Shown here: positions 1 through 9,776 of the stretch, piece after piece | How the letters are laid out: each line of letters starts with the position of its first letter | How positions within the stretch are numbered: position 1 is the stretch's first letter | NCBI GenBank assembly: GCA_963774265.1 | Contig: CAVZDU010000003.1 | Span: 352,001 to 416,000 of the forward strand | DNA: 64,000 bases | Direction: 5' to 3' | Source of the DNA: an uncultured Chloroflexia bacterium | Lineage (GTDB): Bacteria; Chloroflexota; Anaerolineae; CG2-30-64-16 | The notes under the pieces: model-generated | What the model saw: only the letters and a program-made list of their open reading frames with translations | Databases searched by the model: none | What the model was told of the DNA's origin: nothing | Position numbers and translations under genes: made by a program

Positions 1-1376
1 GCCCCATTCTCGTCCACAACGGTGAGGGGTTGGAAAGCGATGGTCAGCTTGTTGCCGTCCATCGGGTTGGGATAGAGGCAGCGGATGACCGGCGCGCGGT
101 CGCGCAACATGCGAGGGAAACCGGGCAGGTCGAGGATGCCAGACGTCGTCCCGACGATGGCCAGGACGGTTGCGATTATTCCGGTGATCACCTGCCAGGT
201 ACGCGGCAGCAGGGGGGCGCGCTCCAGCGACGGCAGCGCCAGGCCGCCCGTGTGCCCCATGTAGAGCGCAGGGAGCTCCGGTGCGACCTCCGCGCCATGC
301 AGCCGGCGAACGAGCTTGCGGCCGTAGGCCAGGCTGATCTCAATGGGTTCGCCTGCGGCCAGGGCGCGATAGAACTCACGCGAGAAGTCAACCACCGTGC
401 GATCGAATTGGGGTGCGTGCATGCCGACGACCGCAGGAACGCCTCGCCGTGTCGCTTCCTCCGCCACATGACGGATCGCGTCGGGCGCCGCGTCCGGCTG
501 GCACAGGGTGACGGCCAGAACGGTGACCGAATCCGTGATGGTGAGTTCGGCCAGCTCAGCGGCGGGCAGGGTATCCCAGGCGCCGGACGCACCGGGCAGC
601 AGAAAGTGGCCATCATCCGCGGCTTGACCGAAGAAGTGCACGACATGGTAGCCGCACCCGGCCGACTCCGCTGCTGCCAGGTGTTCGTGGAGCGCGTAAG
701 GTGTTGTATTTTCGAGCAGCGTGACGTGATAGCGCCGTCCCTTGAACACTCGCCGCCAGGCTTCGCCCACCGCGACCGCTTCCACATCACCCGTCAGCAG
801 GCGCAGCGTGTCGTGCGCGGACAACGGCCGGGTGAGGTCCGCCGCGGGGTGGTCGGGCGTCGGTACGGTCGGGCGTCGGTAGGGGCCGACCTGCGTGTCG
901 GCCCCCCGACCTGCGTGTCGGCCCCCCGGCGCGAACGCGGTGACAGCCAGCACGCGCAGAGTTCCCTTGCCCGGTGGACGGTGCGGTGTGGCAGATGATG
1001 GCGTGTGGCGAACCAGGGGCGCGTTGGATGCGGCGGTCAGGGAACGCGACTCGCCCGGCGCGTCGAAGATCAGCTCCCAGGGCAGGCTATCGAGCGGCTC
1101 GGGAAGCGGCTGTGCCAGGACAATGCGCAGCCGCTCGTCTGCGCCGAGCCATTCGATGGCTGTCTTGTGGAGACGCAGCACATCGCCGGTAAAGAGGGCC
1201 GAGAAAAGATGAGCGCCGATATGACGGGGATCCGTCTGCCGGTCGACGAGGCACCGGCGCAACACGTCACCGGGGATGGAGGAGTGTGCCTGCAGCCCCT
1301 GGAACTCAGCCGTGAGAGGGTACGCGCCATCCACCGGCTGATCGATCCGGATAAGGAATGGGCGATAGGTGGCCAT
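1..1376 (-). CDS. CHAT-domain protein (degenerate catalytic His) with TM helix; 3' end runs off the window
   Basis: Not in the ORF track; manual translation from ATG 1376 is open to the edge: MATYRPFLIRID...LPWELIFD...LRVLAV...YHVVHFFGQ...LAVTLCQ...GVPAVVGM...FSREFYRALAAGEPIEISL...PALY, then hydrophobic WQVITGIIATVLAIVG. Confidence 0.75.
   Translation of the reverse strand, partial: MATYRPFLIRIDQPVDGAYPLTAEFQGLQAHSSIPGDVLRRCLVDRQTDPRHIGAHLFSALFTGDVLRLHKTAIEWLGADERLRIVLAQPLPEPLDSLPWELIFDAPGESRSLTAASNAPLVRHTPSSATPHRPPGKGTLRVLAVTAFAPGGRHAGRGADTQVGPYRRPTVPTPDHPAADLTRPLSAHDTLRLLTGDVEAVAVGEAWRRVFKGRRYHVTLLENTTPYALHEHLAAAESAGCGYHVVHFFGQAADDGHFLLPGASGAWDTLPAAELAELTITDSVTVLAVTLCQPDAAPDAIRHVAEEATRRGVPAVVGMHAPQFDRTVVDFSREFYRALAAGEPIEISLAYGRKLVRRLHGAEVAPELPALYMGHTGGLALPSLERAPLLPRTWQVITGIIATVLAIVGTTSGILDLPGFPRMLRDRAPVIRCLYPNPMDGNKLTIAFQPLTVVDENG
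851..927. repeat. GTAG-type REP-like palindrome plus two short tandem duplications inside the CHAT ORF
   Basis: gtaggggccgac-ctgcgt-gtcggcccc at 879-905; ccgacctgcgtgtcggcccc repeated with 20-bp period; ggtcgggcgtcggta repeated with 16-bp period. Confidence 0.65.
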
Positions 1377-1379
1377 GAG

Positions 1380-2827
1380 TCAATCGCTGACGAACACTGC
1401 GGCGGTATTGCCGGGCAGCTCCAGGTGTCGCATCGTTCCCCTGGAGACGCGTCCCTGCACGCCGGACCAGACGTCCGTATGCAGGCCATCGGGAAGCATA
1501 TCCTCCACGTCAAGCGTCACAGCACGCACATCCGGACCTGCGTTGAACAGCATCAGCGCCTTCTCTTCCACGGATTGTCGCGGCGAACGCGAGGATCTCT
1601 TCATGCGCGTACATGGCGACATAAACACCGCGGCGCAACGCCGGATGATCGCGGCGAAGTTTGATGGCCCGTTTGGTGAAGTCGAGCACGTCCGGTTTCC
1701 ATGATGCGGGATCGTGCCAGGGGAACGCGCGGCGGCAGTCAGGGTCCGGTCCGCCGGTCATGCCGATCTCGGTGCCGTAGTAGAGGCACGGCGCGCCCGG
1801 GATGGTCATCAGGAAGAGGATGGACTGCTGGAGGGCATTCCAGTCGCCCTTGGCCTGATTGATGAAGCGTGCGGTGTCGTGGCTGTCCAGCAGGTTGAAT
1901 TGGGCCTGCACCACCTCCCATGGATAGAGCTCCATCAGACGTTGAACTTCGCGCGCGAAGGCGCGGGCGCCGAGGGGGACGAGTTTGAATCCACCGGGCC
2001 GGTATTCACGGTCGAACGACTCACGGGCGAACAGGCCCAGAGCCGCGCGGGAGACGCCATAGTTCATGACCGCGTCGTATTGGTCGCCCATTAGCCAGCG
2101 CCGTGCATCGCCCCAGATCTCGCCCACGATGTAGGCTTCGGGGTTCGCCCCCTTGACCACACGGCGGAACTCCTGCCAGAAGCTGTCGTCGTCAATCTCG
2201 GTGGGCACATCCAGCCGCCAGCCGTCGATGCCGAATTCGACCCAGTGGCGCGCGACATCGAAAATGAACTCGCGAACCGCGGGCGTGTTCGTGTTGAGCT
2301 TCGGCAACGCTGCGTTGTTCCACCAGGCCGCGTAGTTGGGTGTCTTGCTGCCGTAGGGACGCAGGGGCCACTCTATCACGGTGAACCAGTCGAGGTAGGC
2401 CGACTCAGCGCCGTTTTCCAGGAGATCGTGGAACTGGAAGAAGCCGCGGCCGGCGTGGTTGAACACACCATCTAGAACGACCCGAATCCCGCGGCGAATG
2501 GGCTGCATCGAGCAGCTCGCGCAGCGCGGCATTGCCACCCAGCATCGGATCGACCTGGTAGTAGTCGTGGGTGTGGTAGCGATGGTTCGAGCCGGACTGG
2601 AAGATGGGGTTGAAGTAGATGGCGTTGATGCCGAGCTCGACCAGATGATCGAGATGCTCGACCACGCCCAGCAGGTCGCCGCCCTGGTAGGCGTGGCTGG
2701 TTGGCGGCGCGCCCCAGGGCTGAAGGTTCGAGGACTTTTTGACGCGGCTGGATTGGGCGAAGCGGTCCGGGAAAATCTGATAGAAGATGGCGTCTTTGAC
2801 CCAGGCGGGCGTCTGTACAGTTGGCAT
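1380..2827 (-). CDS. GH13 neopullulanase/cyclomaltodextrinase-type alpha-amylase (2 frameshifts)
   Basis: [50 protein letters not shown] split over ORFs 2405-2986, 1510-2538 and 1380-1628. Confidence 0.9.
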
Positions 2828-2847
2828 CTTGTGGTCCCTCTGCAAGC

Positions 2848-3225
2848 TTAGCGCGCGCCCTGGTCGATGTGTTTCGAGGTCGGGATGCCGCAGAGGAAGC
2901 GGAACGGCGTCTCGCCCGTATTCTCGTAGCAATGCAGCACGTCGGCAGGGACGAACACCACGCTGCCTGGCCCAACGGCGTGCCACTCGTCCTCAAGCAG
3001 CACCCGGCCCTGTCCGTCAACGACGAAGTTTTCATGCTCGTAAGGATGGGTATGTTTCGGTGTGTGCCCATGGGATTGGACTTCAATCATGCGCAGCGCG
3101 TAGTTCGGCGCACCATCGATCTTCTCGTCAATGACCCAGCGGATGGTCACTCCTGGCGCTTCGTCGCCGAAAGTTCGCGCCGGGACGTCGGTATAATGGA
3201 TGGCTTTCGCCTTGGGTTCAGTCAC
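2848..3225 (-). CDS. cupin domain protein
   Basis: [14 protein letters not shown] and [10 protein letters not shown] cupin motifs; GGAG RBS. Confidence 0.9.
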   Translation of the reverse strand: MTEPKAKAIHYTDVPARTFGDEAPGVTIRWVIDEKIDGAPNYALRMIEVQSHGHTPKHTHPYEHENFVVDGQGRVLLEDEWHAVGPGSVVFVPADVLHCYENTGETPFRFLCGIPTSKHIDQGAR

Positions 3226-3306
3226 AAGGAATCTCCTTCACTTGAGGTGCAATCACAAAGCGGGAGGTATTATAGCGCCGGGCAACCGCGCATCCAAGAA
3301 CGGGCG

Positions 3307-4200
3307 TCATGTTTCCGTCGGCCAAACCGGATGATACATCAGCCACTGATCCGGCGTCTCGAGGATCCATCCTTCAATGATTGACATCATGCGGCGAGTA
3401 TTGTGCCGGATGTCCTGCTTCCGATCGCCGGTTCGCTCGAGCTCAAGGTGTGGACAGGTCATGGCATAGTACCCGCGGTCGGGGGTCCATCGGCAGGCCA
3501 GCGGCACGAGCACGGCGTTGGCGGCCAGCGCCAGGCGGACATAGCCGGATGAGAGAAGAGATGGAGCATCAAAGAACGGAACGCCGTCGTCCGTATCTGG
3601 CACGGGCCAGTCCACTCCGATCAGCGCCACGCCGCCCTCTCGAAGTCGCACGATCGCCTGCTTGAGGGACCCGGAATCGATGGGGGTGTCCTCGATCATC
3701 CCACGAGATCGCAAGTCACGGACAACCTTGAACCCGCCTGCGTCCTCCGCTGCCGATAAGGCCTGGATCGGGAAGCCGCCCTGGCTCGCAAAGGCAAGGA
3801 AGCCAAGGTTGAAGTTGCTGAGGTGTGCGGCGCAAACCATGACGCCCTGGCTCGTGGCTCGCGCCGTCTCCAGATTCGGCCAGAAATCGGCGCCCAAGTC
3901 GATGCTGTTGTTGACGGCCTGCTCGCCGCGAGATAAGGTACGCACCAGGTCATAGTTAGCGATTCCGGCGTGACGTAGTACGGCCGCAACAGCCGCGTCA
4001 ACTTGTTCGTCCGTCGCTCCCGGGCCAATGATGTGCTTCTGATTGTCGTAGAGGACGCGGTAGACGAAGCCTTGCTTGTGGCGGTAGAGGCGCCGTGTCA
4101 ACCAGCGCGCGAAGGCGTAACCGGCGCGCGGGGGCAGCGCTCCCAACGCCAGCCACGCGCGTGTCCCAAATTCGGTGGTCACCAGTTGCTGGAAGTTCAC
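3307..4200 (-). CDS. lipid acyltransferase, LpxL/PatA-like family
   Basis: AHLSNFN, LREGGVALIGVD, VPFF, ILETPDQWLMYHPVW. Confidence 0.8.
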   Translation of the reverse strand: MNFQQLVTTEFGTRAWLALGALPPRAGYAFARWLTRRLYRHKQGFVYRVLYDNQKHIIGPGATDEQVDAAVAAVLRHAGIANYDLVRTLSRGEQAVNNSIDLGADFWPNLETARATSQGVMVCAAHLSNFNLGFLAFASQGGFPIQALSAAEDAGGFKVVRDLRSRGMIEDTPIDSGSLKQAIVRLREGGVALIGVDWPVPDTDDGVPFFDAPSLLSSGYVRLALAANAVLVPLACRWTPDRGYYAMTCPHLELERTGDRKQDIRHNTRRMMSIIEGWILETPDQWLMYHPVWPTET

Positions 4201-4230
4201 CAGGGGGCCTCTCTGCTGCGAGGCGGCCGG

Positions 4231-4449
4231 CTATTGGCCATACTCCCACCAAAAATCCTCAAGCGCTTCTTCCTCTTCCGGGGTGGGCAGCCAAAGATCG
4301 CGCTCTTTCAGCGCACTCATCAAGCGGAACGCGCGCGGCAGTTCGAGTGCGGCCAGCGCCACTTCGATATCGCGTAGCTGGGTGGGGAAACGGCTGCCCT
4401 GCCGGCGCAGGCTGGCCAGCAGCGTCTCGGTGATGTTGGATTCGGGCAT
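4231..4449 (-). CDS. small hypothetical protein
   Basis: 72 aa co-oriented ORF that fills the gap between neighbouring genes. Confidence 0.6.
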   Translation of the reverse strand: MPESNITETLLASLRRQGSRFPTQLRDIEVALAALELPRAFRLMSALKERDLWLPTPEEEEALEDFWWEYGQ

Positions 4450-4464
4450 AGCGGCGAACGGACC

Positions 4465-4788
4465 TTACTCGTTGGATTTGGAAACCTTAATGGTCGCATC
4501 TTTGGGCAGGGCTAGCCCGGCTTCGACCTCGATGGCCTTGATAATGCCGGCCGGCACCGGACATGCCGGATGCGACAAACACCCAGGTGCGAGTTCGAGA
4601 GTGCGCGGCATCGAACGACGCCAGAAGACTTCCTTCATCGGGTCAACATCCTGGAGTTGTTCCGCCAATTTCATAACGGCCTTACAGCCGCTCTCGAGCG
4701 TGAGATGTACCGTGCCATCGTCGTTTTGGGTAGCGATGCAAGTGGTCTGGAACCCACAGATACCCGCGTCAATCTCAGCTTTTGCCAC
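4465..4788 (-). CDS. conserved small Cys-motif protein (DUF6951-like)
   Basis: GICGF...SGC...HPACPVPAGIIKAIEVEAGLALPKD; GAGGAG RBS before GTG. Confidence 0.75.
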   Translation of the reverse strand: MAKAEIDAGICGFQTTCIATQNDDGTVHLTLESGCKAVMKLAEQLQDVDPMKEVFWRRSMPRTLELAPGCLSHPACPVPAGIIKAIEVEAGLALPKDATIKVSKSNE

Positions 4789-5073
4789 TGAGTGTCTCCT
4801 CGTTTACGGCCTTCATAACGTCACTGGCAGGACACGGCAATGATACCGGGCAGTGCAAACGTTGTCAACCGGCCAGCAAATCGTCCTCGTAGATGCGCCG
4901 CACGATCTCTTCAATCTCCTGCTCCTGCACGGACAAATCCAGGATGAAGTGATCGCGAAACAGGTCGGCAACGACCGCGGCCAGACCGGCCCCATCTCCG
5001 TTCGAGTGGGCTCTCACCCGCAGCCAGGCGCGGTTAGCCTCGGTGCGGATCAACTCAGCGCCCGGCAGGTCTA

Positions 5074-6193
5074 AGTATGTCACAAAAAGTACGGGTCACT
5101 TTTCAGTCGAGACTGGCCTAGGTCAACGCCATCGCTGGCGTCATATGGTCGAAGAAGCGTGTGACGGCGTCCAGCAGACCATGCAGCGAACCGTACAAGC
5201 GGTCAGCGGCGGTCTGGCCTTTGAGACGCAGCCAGATGTTCTCAACCGGATTCAGATGCGAGCAGTACTTCGGCAGGTAGTGCAACTGGAGTCGCGGGTG
5301 CTCAGTCAGCCAGGCATCGATGGCCTTAGCCGTATGGCTGGAGTAGTTATCGACGATCAGAATGATCGGACCGCTGGCATACACCGTCAACAGGTGTTCC
5401 AGGAAAGTGATGAAGTCTTCTTTGTGCATATGCTCGCGGATCAACCACGTCCACTGGCCCGTGCGAATGTTGAGCGCTCCAAATAGGCTGCGCGTCTGAT
5501 TGCTGCCGGGCGTCGGGACACGGATCTGCTGGCCCAGCCGATGCCACATTGCTCGAATCAACGGTAGCATCTGGATGCGCGATTCGTCGGCGTACAGCAC
5601 GACTGCAGCTGGGCCAGCCCCAATCACGGCCTGCACTATTGCCCACTGCTTGGCCGCCTTCTGCGGATCAGTCTTGCGGGGCATGGCGAGTCGTGGGCGG
5701 CTCCAGGCCAGGCCGGCCGCATGCAGCGTCTGACGCAGGGTGCTATGGCTCAGATACACGCCGATCTTCTCGGCCAAGGCTAAGGCCAGCATCGCAACCG
5801 TCCACAAGGTCGCGGGATAGTCCGACTGCTCGGGATCCTGCTCGCTCATGTCGACCAAAGTGTCACGGACACGGTCGGTCAGCGTCCGCGGCCGCCCACT
5901 GCGCGGCTCATCATACAGTCCGGCCGGCCCGGCCGCATTGAAGCGGCGGAGCCATTTGCGCACGGTCTTGTACTTGACGCCAAAGATGACGGCGATCTCA
6001 GGCACCGTGCGCTGCTGCGCTGAGAGCAGAACCATCTGCGCTCGTTGGCTAACCCGCCCGATCTCATGGCGGGTCATTCGCTTGAGCTCTTGCAGTTCAG
6101 CATCCGTTGGTGTTCGTACATAGATCATGGCACCCTCCGTAACCCCAGTATATCAGGCAACGAAGAAGTGCCCCGAATTTTCTGTTACCTACT
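5074..6193 (-). mobile_element. IS630-family insertion sequence (~1120 bp) with TA duplication at a CTAG site
   Basis: Left end ctaagtatgtcacaaaaagtacgggtcactt vs reverse complement of right end ctaagtaggtaacagaaaattcggggcactt (25/31 identical); TA at 5072-5073 and 6194-6195. Confidence 0.93.
5118..6128 (-). CDS. IS630 DDE transposase
   Basis: HTH (TVRKWLRRF...PRSGRP), YADES, IVDNYSSH, LPKYCSHLNPVENIW. Confidence 0.95.
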   Translation of the reverse strand: MIYVRTPTDAELQELKRMTRHEIGRVSQRAQMVLLSAQQRTVPEIAVIFGVKYKTVRKWLRRFNAAGPAGLYDEPRSGRPRTLTDRVRDTLVDMSEQDPEQSDYPATLWTVAMLALALAEKIGVYLSHSTLRQTLHAAGLAWSRPRLAMPRKTDPQKAAKQWAIVQAVIGAGPAAVVLYADESRIQMLPLIRAMWHRLGQQIRVPTPGSNQTRSLFGALNIRTGQWTWLIREHMHKEDFITFLEHLLTVYASGPIILIVDNYSSHTAKAIDAWLTEHPRLQLHYLPKYCSHLNPVENIWLRLKGQTAADRLYGSLHGLLDAVTRFFDHMTPAMALT

Positions 6194-6993
6194 TAGTGTC
6201 GGGGGCAGGTTCTCAAAGTCCACGACCAGCACACGGCCTTCGCCGAACTGCCGGCGCAAGGTCGCAAGTGCACCGTCGAACATCAGCTTGCCGCGATCGA
6301 TCATGATCACGCGCTCGCAGAGCTTTTCGACATCGCCGAGATCGTGCGTGGTCAGGATGACCGTCGTACCGCGCTCTCGGTTCATGGAGCGGATGAACTC
6401 GCGAATGCGTTCCTTGGCGACCACGTCGAGGCCGATGGTCGGCTCGTCGAGGAAGAGCAGGCGCGGGTCGTGGAGCAGCGCGGCGGCTAGGTCCGCGCGC
6501 ATGCGCTGGCCCAGGGAGAGGCTGCGCACGGGCGTGTCGAGAAATTCGGCAAGCCCGAGCAGGTCACCGAAGAGGGCCATATTCTGCCGGTAACGCGGCT
6601 CGGGCACGCGATAGATGTGTCGCAGCAGGTCGAGCGACTCAATCACGGGCAAGTCCCACCACAGCGATGTGCGCTGCCCGAACACTGCACCGATGGCGCG
6701 TACGTGCTGTCGCCGTTGCTGCCAGGGAACGCGGCCATCGATCTGCACCTCGCCAGAGGTGGGGACCAGAATTCCCGTCAGCATCTTCAGGGTGGTTGAC
6801 TTTCCCGCGCCGTTGGGCCCCAGGTAGCCCACCAGTTCGCCATCGTTGATGTGAAATGAGATGCCGTCTACGGCGCGCACGGTGGTGTGTTCGCGCGTGA
6901 CGAGATTGCGTATCGCGCCGAGCCCGCCGCGGTGATGCTTATAGACGTGGAACTCCTTGCGAAGATCACGGACTTCGATCATGGTCGCCTCGA

Positions 6994-7806
6994 TCAGCTC
7001 CCAGTGCTCTGATAATGGCGCACGCCCATGCGCCACACGGCAAGCGCGCCTCCGAAGGCCGCCAGGGCCACCGCCGGCGAGAGGAAAGATGTCCATGCCG
7101 GAAGGCCCAGGGGGTCGCGTCTGTCAAGCAGATACAGGGACGGGTAGTAGTTGATGAAGGCCAGTGGGATGATGAACGTGAACAAGGACACCAGCCATTG
7201 CTGATAAATATGCATGGGATAGCTCGTCATGAACTGGCCGCCGTAGGTGAAGATGTTGGCCGCTTCGTGGGATTGCGGCGACCAGAACGAGGCGGTCGCG
7301 CCGACGATCAGAACCGCCGAGAAGAGCAGCGTGGCCGCGCCGATCATCACGAGCAGAAAGCCCCACTTGGCAGGGGGCCAAGCCGGCTGAAGCAGGTAGA
7401 ACGCGACAACGAGCGCGATGAGCCCCTGGGCAAGGCGGCCGAAGCGCCGTGTGGGGAAGCGGTTGCTGATCATTTGGAAGACGATTGGCAGCGGCTTGAG
7501 CAAGATCCGGTCGAAATCCCCGTTAACCACTTGCTTATCGAAGTCGTCGAACGCGCCGACGAACATTTCGGCCAGGCTGAACGACACTGACGATGCGCCG
7601 TACAGAAACATGACCTCCGCCAGGGTCCAGCCGCCGATAGCTCGAAAGCGCGTCATCAGGATGGCGACCATCAGCAGATCGAGCCCGCTCACGAACAGCG
7701 TGCCGATGCTTTCTGCGAAGAAAGAGAAGCGGTACTGCATCTGCGATCTGAGTTGCACGCCGATCAGGCGGCGGTACAGATCCAGGTAGTAGGCGAGAGT
7801 CTGCAC
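6994..7806 (-). CDS. ABC-2 family permease (DUF990 type)
   Basis: SQMQYRFSF, GDFDRILLKP, YPMHIY, RHYQSTGS C-terminus; multiple TM segments. Confidence 0.9.
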   Translation of the reverse strand: MQTLAYYLDLYRRLIGVQLRSQMQYRFSFFAESIGTLFVSGLDLLMVAILMTRFRAIGGWTLAEVMFLYGASSVSFSLAEMFVGAFDDFDKQVVNGDFDRILLKPLPIVFQMISNRFPTRRFGRLAQGLIALVVAFYLLQPAWPPAKWGFLLVMIGAATLLFSAVLIVGATASFWSPQSHEAANIFTYGGQFMTSYPMHIYQQWLVSLFTFIIPLAFINYYPSLYLLDRRDPLGLPAWTSFLSPAVALAAFGGALAVWRMGVRHYQSTGS

Positions 7807-7811
7807 AGGGA

Positions 7812-8603
7812 TTATCCTCCAGCGAGTACAACCCGGCGCACCATGCGTGACAGTGTCCAGCGCCCAGCCACGACGAGAACGACCAACCAGACCAGTTGTC
7901 GTGCGAGCACCGTCCCGAGCTCAGAGGGCGTCAGTTTGCCGAGGTAGACGTCGACGGGCAGTTGGGCCAGGCCGCCGAACGGGAGCGCATTGGCGACCGC
8001 CCGCAGGGCCGGCGGAAAGAAGCGCAGCGGTACGATGAAGCCGGCGAAGAAGAGGATCAGGGTGTTGGCCAGGTACAGGGCGCCCCTGGCATCGCTGGTC
8101 CAAAAGGCGAGGCTGTTGGTGATGAAGCGAAACGCGAAGCTGATCACGATACCGAACGCGACCGTGATGACGAAAAGCAGCCACTGCTCCGGGCTGGCAG
8201 GGGTGATAATGCCGAAGAATAGGGCGCCCAGGGCGAAAACGGGGATGCCGCGGAAAATCATGTAGTAGACCGCACGGCCGAAGTCAATGGCGGCCCAGTA
8301 CAGATAGAAATCCACCGGACGGCTCAGGTCTGTCATGATCGTGCCCTTGATGACGGCGTCGGATAGCTCAGTGTTGCCGAAGGCGGACATCGTGTTGAGC
8401 AGTGACTGTGCGATGATGGCATAGGTGATGGTTTCGGGCAGCGTGAACCCGCCCACCTGGTCGCGGCCAACGTAGAGCGCCTGATAGATGAGGATGTAGA
8501 TCGCGCCGAAGAACGTATTGGTCGCGATGCCGGCCAGGTTTGCGGCGCGATACGCCAGGTTCTTCTGGAACGATTTGACGGCTAGATGCCAGTAGACGGA
8601 CAC
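7812..8603 (-). CDS. ABC-2 family permease (DUF990 type)
   Basis: LAYRAA, GTIMTDLSRPVD, PLRFFP, VVLAGG C-terminus; GTG start at 8603 after GGAG. Confidence 0.88.
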   Translation of the reverse strand: MSVYWHLAVKSFQKNLAYRAANLAGIATNTFFGAIYILIYQALYVGRDQVGGFTLPETITYAIIAQSLLNTMSAFGNTELSDAVIKGTIMTDLSRPVDFYLYWAAIDFGRAVYYMIFRGIPVFALGALFFGIITPASPEQWLLFVITVAFGIVISFAFRFITNSLAFWTSDARGALYLANTLILFFAGFIVPLRFFPPALRAVANALPFGGLAQLPVDVYLGKLTPSELGTVLARQLVWLVVLVVAGRWTLSRMVRRVVLAGG

Positions 8604-8649
8604 GAGGCTCCTACAGACGAGGAAGTGGTGAGTGGCCGGCAGCGTCTGC

Positions 8650-9537
8650 CTAGACCTTACCTTGTCGCAGCTGCCGGATGAATGGCTCATACGCTGAAAC
8701 ATCGGCGCGCACCTTGCTGCGCACGATGTAATCCTGGACGATTTGCGCCTGCTGTTCGCGGTTGAAGTTCCTTATTTGCTTCCCTTTGTGCAGCGCATCC
8801 ATGAGTCCTTCGACGCCACCATAGCCGTACCCTTCCTCCTCTTGGGCGAGGAGGGCCTCCGCAAAGTAGCGGCTTCCAGCGCGCTCGTATTGGTAGACGT
8901 GGACGATCTCATGGACAACGATTTCGACGTTGCTGCGTTGGTGTTCCCCCCGTTCGGGCAGATTGATGGTGTGAAAGGTGGCGAAGGCGCGGTGTCCGTT
9001 CTTCGCAAAGATCCATCGCAACACGCCGCCCTGCGCCACGCGAATATCCTGATAGCGCATCGCGCGCGGTCCCAGCACGGCGGCGGCCGCAGCGATCTCC
9101 TCGCCCGTCAGAGGGCTCGTGCGCGTGACGATGCGCCAGGCAAACGCGAAGATTTCAGGCGCGCCGAGGAGGTCCAGGGCTTCCAGCACGAATTGAATGG
9201 TGCGGGCCAGGCCGCGACGGCCGGCAGCCCGCAGGAAGGGGCGCACATGTTGGCGGCCGCCGCGTTGCGCGATCCGCACCCCCGAGGGGAGCAGCGTGAC
9301 GATGCCGACCAGGGCGGTGATCAGCGTCGTCGCGAGCCTGGCAACGCGCGTGGGCAAGTAACGCACGACGTTCGCGACCCATCCCCCTGCATCTTCGATC
9401 CGATCGCCCAACCAGTCCGCACCTATCTCCACCGTGCGGCCCGCGCGCCGGAATGCGGAGGGACGATCACCCTCCGCCGGTTCCGGGCCGGTGATCTCCA
9501 AGACACTGAAATCGGGTCGCAGGTCGTCGCCGGCCAT
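8650..9537 (-). CDS. HExxH metallopeptidase-like protein (DUF4157-like)
   Basis: PLTGEE, AFATFHTI, VVHEIVHVYQYE, FNREQQAQIVQDY. Confidence 0.7.
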   Translation of the reverse strand: MAGDDLRPDFSVLEITGPEPAEGDRPSAFRRAGRTVEIGADWLGDRIEDAGGWVANVVRYLPTRVARLATTLITALVGIVTLLPSGVRIAQRGGRQHVRPFLRAAGRRGLARTIQFVLEALDLLGAPEIFAFAWRIVTRTSPLTGEEIAAAAAVLGPRAMRYQDIRVAQGGVLRWIFAKNGHRAFATFHTINLPERGEHQRSNVEIVVHEIVHVYQYERAGSRYFAEALLAQEEEGYGYGGVEGLMDALHKGKQIRNFNREQQAQIVQDYIVRSKVRADVSAYEPFIRQLRQGKV

Positions 9538-9776
9538 GACAGCTTTCCTCACACAAAGAAGAGATGTGGCTCATTGTAGCGCATCCCTTGGCGGGCCGGA
9601 AGTGCGGGCATGTGGCTCTTCAAGCAGTATCGTCCGGCCGGATCGATGTGGCCAGTTGCCCCTTTTGGGCTTGTCTACCGGGTCCATACTATGGTATTAT
9701 TTATTTGTAAGTCAATTCCTGCTATCGATCGGTGGAAGAAGGTCAACGGCGGGCTGCATCAGCAAAGGATGGTCGA

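Larger units (their letters stand above)
4865..6982 (-). pseudogene. ABC-2 transporter ATP-binding protein interrupted by IS630
   Basis: N-terminal part 6982-6194 (GPNGAGKS, LSLGQ, LFLDEPT) and C-terminal part 5073-4865; removing the IS and one TA restores ...ENLPPTL-DLPGAELIRT... in frame. Confidence 0.9.

Noticed and set aside
30-998. 322-aa plus-strand ORF and similar long antisense ORFs (e.g. 10431-11735, 17108-18547, 24478-26037, 58186-59748)
   Set aside because: Shadow ORFs of GC-rich genes on the opposite strand; no recognisable motifs
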